A DNA stretch of 32,000 bases from Geotalea uraniireducens Rf4 (GTDB lineage: Bacteria; Desulfobacterota; Desulfuromonadia; Geobacterales; Geobacteraceae): NCBI RefSeq assembly GCF_000016745.1, contig NC_009483.1:1980001-2012000 (forward strand), given 5' to 3'. The position numbers and the translations under genes are program-made. The notes below the pieces were generated by a model. It searched no databases. It saw only the letters and a program-made list of their open reading frames with translations, and was not told the DNA's origin. Positions 22,001-27,828 of this stretch are shown one piece after another (within the stretch, counting starts at the first letter, position 1; each line of letters starts with the position of its first letter).

Positions 22001-22960
22001 TTTGCTTCGCCCCTACAGGAACCCCAATTCCTCGCCGCCACATTCACCAATGCGGACCAGTTGTCACGGTTCGACGAGGTGTTGCCGTCTATCGGCTTCA
22101 CCATGCCGGTATCGGCCCTTAGGTCTGAGGGGTGGACCCTCGAACGGCCGGAAGTGCTGGGGCTGATGGAGAAGCTGAGAAAGGCCGGGAAGCCGCTGGG
22201 TGAGTATGTGAATGATAAAATATACCGCGGTGTCCTAACCGGTTTAAACGAGGCTTTTGTCATCGATGAAGAGACAAATACAAAGTTGGTTGCTGAAGAC
22301 CCGCGGAGCGCGGAGATCATTAAACCTTGGCTGCGGGGGAAAGACATTTTCAAGTGGAAGACAAAGTGGGCGGGATTGTATGTGCTTTTCACCCGGAGAG
22401 GAACGGATATTGAACAATACCCGGCCATAAAACGCCATCTGGAACAATTCCGCGAAGATTTGGAACCAAAGACTTCGGACAACAATAAACGCGGCAGGAA
22501 ACCGGGACCGTATAAGTGGTTCGAAATACAGGACAACATTGCCTATTTTGAGGAATTTGATAAGGCAAAGATTCTTTGGCCTGGTATCAGTGCGGAGCTT
22601 ACTGTCTTTTCTCTCGATGAAGATGGCTATTTTGGCAATGACAACAATCAACTTATCATTTCCGGGGATCGTTGTTTGCTTGCTATTCTCAATTCAAAAC
22701 TGATGGGTTTTGTGTTGAAGCAAATCTGCGACAAGGTTCAAGGTGGGTTTTACCGACTTAAAATCATTTATATTGAACAACTCCCCATCCCACCCGCCAC
22801 CGACGCCCAGAAAGCCCCCATCATCGAGCTTGTCGAGAAAATCCTCGCCGATCCCGCCAGCTCCACCGTTCCGCAGTTTGAGGCGGAGATTGACCGGCTG
22901 GTGTATGAGCTGTACGGGCTGACAGAGGCGGAGATCGCGGTAGTGGAGGGGGCAGCATGA
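19061..22960 (+). CDS. Single-polypeptide type IIG/IIL restriction-modification enzyme (Eco57I/MmeI-like: N-terminal PD-(D/E)xK nuclease, N6-adenine methyltransferase, TaqI-like C-terminal specificity domain)
   Basis: 1299 aa. Nuclease-like motif ADLVIH...VIVEVKRP, SAM motif I VCDPAVGSGHFLV (~20700-20740), NIKCGNSLV, catalytic GNPPY (21608-21622), and C-terminal GVLTGLNEAFVIDEE...IIKPWLRGKDI. No separate M or S gene lies nearby. Confidence 0.85.
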   Translation: MKLQVLSPAKSLNRAYLKQSLKRDQIELFKANLSRLFDRINEKESEENLKNIVSDFLKDTWYKNGYEVNTKERADLVIHNGKSAADTVGVIVEVKRPANRNEMITPDRPNTKALHELLHYYMQERFIKDNKEIRHLIVCNIFEWYIFDAADFERFFFGNAKLVKSYKDWNDGLLVGANTDWFYQEIAKDFIEKNLTELPCTCFDLKEFERIARNSAKTDDKKLINLYKILSPAHLLKQPFANDSNSLNKEFYGELLHILGLEEVREKGKKLIGRKPVGARNDESLLENTFNLLKSRHRLSAIANPGQFGVSEEEQYFSIALELCITWLNRLLFLKLLEGRLIAYHKGNRDHAFLNSNLISDFDELNELFFEVLAVRIEERSESVRKKFGNIPYLNSSLFEESDLERTTIRINELKNRLDLSIYSSTVLKDGNGRRISGSKSTLHYLFEFLDAYDFATEGSAEIQEQNKTIINASVLGLIFEKINGYKDGSFFTPGFITMYMCRETIRRAVLQKFNDKYGWTCKDFTELYNTLDKIGTKEANEVVNSLKVCDPAVGSGHFLVSALNEIISIKSDLEILADKDGKRVRGNVTIENDELIITRDDQIFAYDYMDAESQRVQETLFHEKETIIENCLFGVDINPKSVMICRLRLWIELLKNAYYRPPSPRPSPTGGEGVIPPPLMGGGKGEGEKRQLETLPNIDINIKCGNSLVSRFALSGNPNIPQVSRKKLKELTDKYRDLVWSYKQSPSNKVQLRKAIENLKHDLESFALPNDRDLAALRKKENELAQLGFAFDKKGTEQRQKLLSEVGALKERFDEKQRSVYANAFEWRLEFPEVLDAEGEFVGFDAIIGNPPYIRQEAIKEMKPALTEMFGSFFCGTADIYTYFYKTGLDVAKPGATLCYIAPNKFMRAGYGKNTRELLTSQAKPLMVLDFGDLPIFEEATTYPSIVMVEKMQAVGAKQASSASPAFGGRASKGEAGKSFASPLQEPQFLAATFTNADQLSRFDEVLPSIGFTMPVSALRSEGWTLERPEVLGLMEKLRKAGKPLGEYVNDKIYRGVLTGLNEAFVIDEETNTKLVAEDPRSAEIIKPWLRGKDIFKWKTKWAGLYVLFTRRGTDIEQYPAIKRHLEQFREDLEPKTSDNNKRGRKPGPYKWFEIQDNIAYFEEFDKAKILWPGISAELTVFSLDEDGYFGNDNNQLIISGDRCLLAILNSKLMGFVLKQICDKVQGGFYRLKIIYIEQLPIPPATDAQKAPIIELVEKILADPASSTVPQFEAEIDRLVYELYGLTEAEIAVVEGAA
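21041..21127. repeat. GC-rich C-run/G-run palindromic element inserted in frame in the RM gene
   Basis: CCCTCTCCC-ACC-GGGGGAGAAGGGG (21059-21083) and CCCCCCGCCC-TTGAT-GGGAGGGGG (21088-21111) are imperfect hairpins. They are nested in an outer C-rich (21043-21056) / G-rich (21112-21124) pair. The translation is the low-complexity PPSPRPSPTGGEGVIPPPLMGGGKGEG. Confidence 0.7.
21926..22016. repeat. MITE-like nested inverted-repeat element inserted in frame in the RM gene
   Basis: The terminal inverted repeats are GTAGGGGCGAAGCA (21926-21939) and TGCTTCGCCCCTAC (22003-22016). The internal copies are TGCTTCGCCC (21949-21958) and GGGCGAAGCA (21982-21991). These give two 10-bp perfect hairpins. The translation is VGAKQASSASPAFGGRASKGEAGKSFASPLQ. 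Confidence 0.75.
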
Positions 22961-23238
22961 AGAGATGTTGCATGGAGTGCGCGCCGAGTATGGGAAGCAG
23001 ATTGTTGCTATACTGTCGCAACAATTGACTATCGACTACGGGGACAGCTTTTCTGAAAAAAACCTGCGCCGTATGATTCAGTTTGCCGAGGTTTTTCCGG
23101 ATGAACTAGATTGTCGTATCACTAATACGACAATTGAGCTGGTCACATTTCAAGGAGCTATTCCCTCTTGAAAAGCCTCTCCAACTGGAGTTCTACGCCG
23201 AGATGAAGAGGATAAATAGTGTCGAGTCCACACTTTGA
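22950..23238 (+). pseudogene. Decayed remnant of a DUF1016/YhcG-family (PDDEXK nuclease) gene: 5'-truncated, frameshifted, with a premature stop
   Basis: The frame of 22965 reads ...RAEYGKQIVAILSQQLTIDYGDSFSEKNLRRMIQFAEVFPDE. A different frame from 23110 reads IVVSLIRQLSWSHFKELFPLEKPLQLEFYAEMKRINSVESTL and stops at 23236-23238. Joined, the two pieces match my memory of the conserved N-terminal region of DUF1016 proteins. There is no nuclease domain downstream. Confidence 0.6.
23094..23133. repeat. Copy 1 of a ~38-nt repeat with a palindromic core
   Basis: TTTCCGGATGAACTAGATTGTCGTATCACTAATACGACAA. The core has 9-bp arms, TTGTCGTAT (23111-23119) and ATACGACAA (23125-23133). It lies inside the DUF1016 remnant at the frameshift point. 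Confidence 0.8.
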
Positions 23239-23388
23239 GAAAATGTGGCTTGGCTCTGAAGCATTGAATTTCACAATAACTTCTGTATACTGGCGGACAT
23301 TAATCAACAATCCGGCATACTTTACTGTAGAGGCACCTTGATCGGCCGGGAATAGTTCGGAGGTACGCGTCCATATGAGGTTATCTCG

Positions 23389-23724
23389 ATGATTGCCGTT
23401 ACGGAATCTCTTCTCAAGGAAATGGCTGAAAAAATAGTTGCAGCGGTGAATCCCCGGATGATCATCCTGTTCGGCTCCCATGCGCGGGGAACGGCCGGGC
23501 CTGATTCGGACCTCGATTTCATCGTTGTCGAGGATGGTCCCTTCGGTCCCGAGCGAAGCCGTCGCGCCGAGATGGTGAAACTGTGGCGACTGCTGCGAGA
23601 TGTCAGGGTTGCCAAGGACTTTCTGGTCTTTACCCCCGAAGAGGTGGAAAAGTGGCGGGATGCGCCGAACCATGTGGTATCCCATGCGTTGAGTGAAGGG
23701 CGGGTGCTGTATGAGCGCCATTGA
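23389..23724 (+). CDS. Minimal nucleotidyltransferase (MNT/MntA-like antitoxin-type protein)
   Basis: 111 aa. The Pol-beta-type NTase motif is LFGSHARGTAGPDSDLDF. It overlaps the downstream HEPN gene. Confidence 0.8.
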   Translation: MIAVTESLLKEMAEKIVAAVNPRMIILFGSHARGTAGPDSDLDFIVVEDGPFGPERSRRAEMVKLWRLLRDVRVAKDFLVFTPEEVEKWRDAPNHVVSHALSEGRVLYERH

Positions 23725-24103
23725 AAATGCCTCCATGCTCCTGGTCATGGCCACCAAGGATGTCAGGGCCATGCGGGCGCTGGCCGCCCCGGAATCGGTA
23801 GATGACGAGATCTTCGGTTTTCATGCGCATCAAGCGGTGGAAAAGACACTGAAGGCGTGGATAACGGTGGTCGGCGGGACGTATGGCAGGACTCATGACT
23901 TGAGTCAGCTTTTTGCTCTCCTGGCTGACCTTAGCTGTGATGTCCGGCGCTTCGAGGACTTGGATATGCTTAATCCATTTGCCGTTGAGTTGAGGTACGA
24001 GGCGCTTGACACCGGCGAGCCGAAACTTGACCGTCCTTTCTGCATAACCCGTGTTCAGGAGCTGTATGACCATGTCCGGCAGATTGTTGAACGAATGGCA
24101 TAG
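23711..24103 (+). CDS. HEPN-domain protein (HepT-like toxin-type partner of MNT)
   Basis: ORF 23693..24103. The ATG at 23711 (MSAIENASML...) overlaps the MNT gene by 14 nt. HEPN-like features are FHAHQAVEKTLKAWI, GRTHDLSQL and VELRYEA. Confidence 0.7.
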   Translation: MSAIENASMLLVMATKDVRAMRALAAPESVDDEIFGFHAHQAVEKTLKAWITVVGGTYGRTHDLSQLFALLADLSCDVRRFEDLDMLNPFAVELRYEALDTGEPKLDRPFCITRVQELYDHVRQIVERMA

Positions 24104-24216
24104 CACGCTCAGGAACGTCCCCTTTGCGCCTCCTCCAGAAGCCCCCTGAATCTTCCTTTTCTCACAGTATCAATTTCCTATTCATTGAGTCTGGCGTACT
24201 GGGGACACCCTCGTGA

Positions 24217-24254
24217 TTTACGGATAAAATAATGTCGTATCACTGATACGACAT
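24217..24254. repeat. Copy 2 of the ~38-nt repeat; perfect 23-nt palindrome
   Basis: TTTACGGATAAAATAATGTCGTATCACTGATACGACAT. The arms are ATGTCGTATCA (24232-24242) and TGATACGACAT (24244-24254) around C24243. About 32 of 37 aligned positions match copy 1, with one 2-nt gap. It lies 28 nt past the stop of the minus-strand gene 24282..25127 and could double as a weak terminator. Confidence 0.8.
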
Positions 24255-24281
24255 TTCATTTTGGGCACGGCTGCCGAAATA

Positions 24282-25127
24282 TCACGATGCGACGGGTATG
24301 ATGTCGCCGGCCAGGATTATCTTGTCCTCTTCCAGTGTGACGGCATGGGCGCTGTGCTCGATGAGGTCGTAGAGGTGGAGATATTTGGCCACTTCCGCCG
24401 GTTGATTCGTTTTTCTGCCGAAGTATTTTCCCGGTTGGCTGAAGACGTCGGTTACCACCCGGTCGTCGTAGATGGCGAAATCAAAGGAGCTGTTGGTATC
24501 CCGGTTGCTGATGTCGCTTGCCGACGGCAGTTCGTCTCGGAAGGCGATGCGCACGTCGATATTGTCGTTGTACTGGGCGAGGAGGACCTTCTGCACCTCC
24601 GGTTCGATGATTGCCTCGCGGTTGGCGACGAAGATGCGGGTGATTTTTGCGCCGCGCTCCAGGGCGCGCAGGTTTGCCTGGTAAAAATTGAGCAATACTC
24701 CTCGTGAATCCCATCCCGTCGTAAGAGGGTCCACCGCTTTTGTGTGGTGGACCGCCTGTTCCATCTGCTTTGCCCCCTCCAGGTAAAATTCGGTCTCATC
24801 CATCGGGATATACCCCTGTTGCAAGAGCGAGACCGTCCGCATCGTCGAAGCCATCAGTTCGTGTGCCTTGGTCTGACATTCCGGGTCGCTGATCCGGGCA
24901 ATGGCGAAGGTGACCTCGTGGGCATGATGATACTGGTCGAGCAGCCCTTCACGGGTCTTTTCTATCTCCTCCCGCACAAGGTAGGTGACGAGCGACAGGA
25001 GTATGCCTATGCCGAAGATGGTGTAGGCGGCTTCCGGATAATGGAGCACCCAATGAAAAAAGATGGCAAGCCCTGAGCCTGCGATAAATTCGATTAATAC
25101 TGCGATATTGTTGATCTTTTTATTCAT
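24282..25127 (-). CDS. Uncharacterised protein with two N-terminal TM helices and a ~210-aa soluble domain of unknown function
   Basis: ORF 24282..25196. I prefer the ATG at 25127 (MNKKINNIAVLIEF...), after GGAGG (25138-25142). The longer version would overlap the intrinsic terminator at 25170-25219. TM segments are IAVLIEFIAGSGLAIFFHWVL and AYTIFGIGILLSLVTYLV. I recognise no catalytic motif. Confidence 0.65.
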   Translation of the reverse strand: MNKKINNIAVLIEFIAGSGLAIFFHWVLHYPEAAYTIFGIGILLSLVTYLVREEIEKTREGLLDQYHHAHEVTFAIARISDPECQTKAHELMASTMRTVSLLQQGYIPMDETEFYLEGAKQMEQAVHHTKAVDPLTTGWDSRGVLLNFYQANLRALERGAKITRIFVANREAIIEPEVQKVLLAQYNDNIDVRIAFRDELPSASDISNRDTNSSFDFAIYDDRVVTDVFSQPGKYFGRKTNQPAEVAKYLHLYDLIEHSAHAVTLEEDKIILAGDIIPVAS

Positions 25128-25169
25128 GTTTGAGAATCCTCCAATAACTTTACAAGTTTTTTCGAACGC

Positions 25170-25219
25170 AAAAAAGCCGGGTCTCCGAATATCCATCTAG
25201 ATATTTCGGCGACCCGGCT
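25170..25219 (-). terminator. Intrinsic terminator (expression platform of the riboswitch; could also end htpG transcripts)
   Basis: The minus strand reads AGCCGGGUCGCCGAAAUAU-CUAGAUGG-AUAUUCGGAGACCCGGCU followed by UUUUUU. The stem is ~17 bp with one mismatch and one bulge. It sits 43 nt upstream of the ATG at 25127. Confidence 0.8.
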
Positions 25220-25290
25220 GTCTTCTTGAGACCCTGTAGGCTTTCCGTCCCATCCTCGCGGATGGTTTGGTATTATCGTTTATCTATCCG
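25201..25290 (-). promoter_or_regulatory. GEMM-I class cyclic-dinucleotide riboswitch aptamer (type 2, GYRA tetraloop; A at the G20-equivalent position)
   Basis: Minus-strand RNA 25290->25201 reads CGGAUAGAUAAACGAUAAUACCAAACCAUCCGCGAGGAUGGGACGGAAAGCCUACAGGGUCUCAAGAAGACAGCCGGGUCGCCGAAAUAU. As I recall it, V. cholerae Vc2 reads CACGCACAGGGCAAACCAUUCGAAAGAGUGGGACGCAAAGCC...AGCGGGGUUACCGA. Ours has CAAACC, the hairpin AUCC-GCGA-GGAU, GGGACGGAAAGCC, and AGCCGGGUCGCCGA. The closing pair covaries (Vc2 GC...GC, here CC...GG). Confidence 0.7.
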
Positions 25291-25312
25291 ACCTGCTCTG
25301 TAAGTTGCTCAA

Positions 25313-25341
25313 ACCATAATGCAGATACCGGCAAAAGTCAA
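25313..25341 (-). promoter_or_regulatory. Candidate sigma70 promoter driving the riboswitch leader
   Basis: The minus strand reads TTGACT (25341-25336), a 17-nt spacer, then TATGGT (25318-25313). This is ~20 nt upstream of the aptamer. Confidence 0.4.
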
Positions 25342-25433
25342 GTCCGGCGACTCATTAGGATGTTACAACCATGTAAACTTTTCATCAGGCCCCAGAGGCA
25401 TTAATACCCCCTAGGTTGCTCTGACGGCAAAGC

Positions 25434-27371
25434 TTACTTTTCCGCGGCTTTCACCATCAGTTCGGCAACGAGCCTCGTGAAGCGGAGCGGGTCGGGGACC
25501 GGCGATCCTTCGGTCAAAAGAGCCTGGTCGTAAAGCAGTCCGCAGTAATCGGCCAGCCGCGGGTTCTCCTTATCTTTTTCAAATATACTGCTCAGGACCT
25601 GCATGAGCGGATGGTCGGGGTTCAGTTCCAATACCCGTTTGGACTCAGGCACATCCTGGTTCATTGCCTTGAGGATCTTTTCCATGTTCGCATTCAGCCC
25701 GTATTCATCGGCAACCAGGCAGCAGGCGCTGTCGGTCAGACGGCTGGAAAAGCGCACTTCCTTTACCTTGTCCTTTAACTGTTCCTTGACGAAGTCGAGT
25801 ACCCCCTGATACTGCTTTTTGGCCTCTTCCTGCTTCGCTTCCTTCTCTTTCTTCTCTTCCGCGCTGTCAAGCTCCAGGTCCCCCCGGTCGACCGCGTGCA
25901 GTTTCTTGCCGTCGTAGTCGGTCAGGCTCTGCACTACCCACTCATCGACCGGGTCGGTCATGTATAGCACCTCGAATCCCTTTTTCCTGAAGATTTCCAG
26001 ATGCGGCGAGTTTTCCAGGGCGGAACGGGAGGCTCCGGTGATGTAGTAGATTTCCTTCTGCGCCTCCGGCATCCGTGCCACGTACTCTTTCAGCGAGATG
26101 TAGTTTCCGGCCTCGGTTTTCGAGCTTTCAAAGAGGATCAGTTCCTGGAGCTTTTCCTTGTTGGCATGGTCGAAATGCACCCCTTCCTTGAGCACCGGGC
26201 CAAATTCCTTGTAAAACTTCAGGTAATCTTCCGGCGTTTTTTCTTTTGTTTCCACAAGTGTTGACAGGATCTTGCCGACCAGGTTTTTCTCGATCCGCTT
26301 GATCTGGATGTCTTCCTGGAGGATTTCGCGGGAAACGTTGAGCGGCAGGTCGCTGGAATCCACCACACCCTTCATGAAGCGGAGGTAATCGGGGAGAAGC
26401 GCTTCGCAGTTGTCGGTGATGAAGACACGCTTCACATAGAGGTGCACACCCTTTTTATGGTCGCGCATGAACAGGTCAAAGGGCTTGTGGCTCGGGATAT
26501 AGATGAGGGCCTTGAATTCGCTGGTCCCTTCCGCCGAATAGTGGATGGTGCGAAACGGTTTGTCATAATCGTGGGAGATGTGCTTGTAGAACTCCTCGTA
26601 TTCCTCTTCGCTGATTTCGCTTTTGGCCCTGGTCCAGATCGCCTTCATGGAGTTGAGGGTTTCTTCGGTGGTCTTCTCGATGGTGCCCCCCCCCTCAATG
26701 ACCTCGCCGTCAACGCCTTTGGCCGGTTCGTCCCGCGTCACGTCCATGACGACCGGGTACTGCACATAATCGGAATATTTCTTGATGATGCTGCGGATCT
26801 TCCACTCATCGAGATATTCCTTCATCTCATCCTTCAGGTGGAGGGTAATGTCGGTGCCGCGGGTCTCCTTCTCGCAATCCTCGATGGTATAGCTGCCGTC
26901 GCCGGTCGATTCCCAGCGGCAGGCGGCATTTTTGTCCCCCGCCTTGCGGGTGATCAGGGTGACCTTGTCGGCAACCATGAACGAGGCGTAGAAACCGACG
27001 CCGAACTGGCCGATCAACTCGGGATTGTTCTGAACGTTTTTATCTTTGAGGTTCTCCATGAAGGCGCGGGTGCCTGAACGGGCAATGGTGCCGATGTTCT
27101 CTTCCACCTCGACCACGTTCATACCGATGCCGTTGTCGCGGATGGTGAGGGTGCCGGCAGTTTTGTCCGGTATCAGTTTGATCTTCCAATCGGTATTGCC
27201 TTCGAGGATATCCATGTTGGAATGGGATTCGAATTTGACCTTATCAATGGCGTCGGAAGCGTTGGAAACAAGCTCGCGCAGGAAGATGTCCTTGTTGGAG
27301 TAGAGTGAGTGGATCACCAGGTCGAGAAGCTGCTGCACTTCGGTTTCAAATTTTTTGGTGCTTTTGGTCAT
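25434..27371 (-). CDS. htpG: Molecular chaperone HtpG (Hsp90)
   Basis: ORF 25434..27401. I prefer the ATG at 27371 ([41 protein letters not shown]), after AAAGGAG. GHKL ATPase motifs are DNGIGM and GQFGVGFYS. Confidence 0.95.
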
Positions 27372-27761
27372 GTACTTTATTTCTCCTTTTGACGTAGTCA
27401 TTGATGGAACTTCAACAAACTAATCATTGTGGCGTGGTTTTGCAAGGTGCAATTTGCAGTTTGTTCGCAATGCTCCTGTTTGTTTGCGGTTTCCCGGGAG
27501 ATTTTGCATTACTGTTCCCGAAAAACCGGGTGCAGCGACGAGCCCGATTTCGGTGATCTGGCGATGAATTGATGCAATAGTGGACAAACATAATTTGGAA
27601 AACAAATTGATTCCCGTTGAATGTTTCATTTAATATATTTCATATACAAACTCTGGACATGTTTTGAATAATAATATACTGTTCTACATTTAAATTTACC
27701 GTGCTATTACAGTGGGTTAGTAAGTTATTTGTTTGTAAATAGCGGCTATCTTGCATCTGTT

Positions 27762-27790
27762 TTGAATCTAAGCTTGTACCATTCTGTAAT
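27762..27790 (+). promoter_or_regulatory. Candidate sigma70 promoter for the sensor kinase gene
   Basis: TTGAAT (27762-27767), a 17-nt spacer, then TGTAAT (27785-27790). This is ~40 nt upstream of the GTG at 27829, within a very AT-rich spacer. Confidence 0.3.
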
Positions 27791-27828
27791 TTATCAAATG
27801 TGTAATATGTAATCATGGAGTCCGGCAC

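Noticed and set aside
19061-22960. The 1299-aa methyltransferase read as BREX PglX
   Set aside because: No other BREX genes (brxA/B/C, pglZ, brxL) are in the window. The protein has an N-terminal PD-(D/E)xK-like motif and a TaqI-like C-terminal domain, which fits a stand-alone type IIG enzyme better.
23111-24254. The two palindromes read as integron attC sites or transposon ends
   Set aside because: There are no GTTRRRY / RYYYAAC core sites, no integrase or transposase nearby, and the copies are in direct, not inverted, orientation. The first copy is readable as DUF1016 coding sequence.
23158-24707. ORFs 23158..23772 (-), 23630..24106 (-) and 24261..24707 (+)
   Set aside because: They are antisense to the MNT, HEPN and two-TM genes, which have motif and RBS support. 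None has a motif of its own.
27431-27446. A sigma54-like TGGCGT-N5-TGCA upstream of the kinase, and a similar GGGCACGGCTGCC at ~24262
   Set aside because: The GG-to-GC spacing is one or more nucleotides off the canonical GG-N10-GC, and the sites are poorly placed relative to any start codon.
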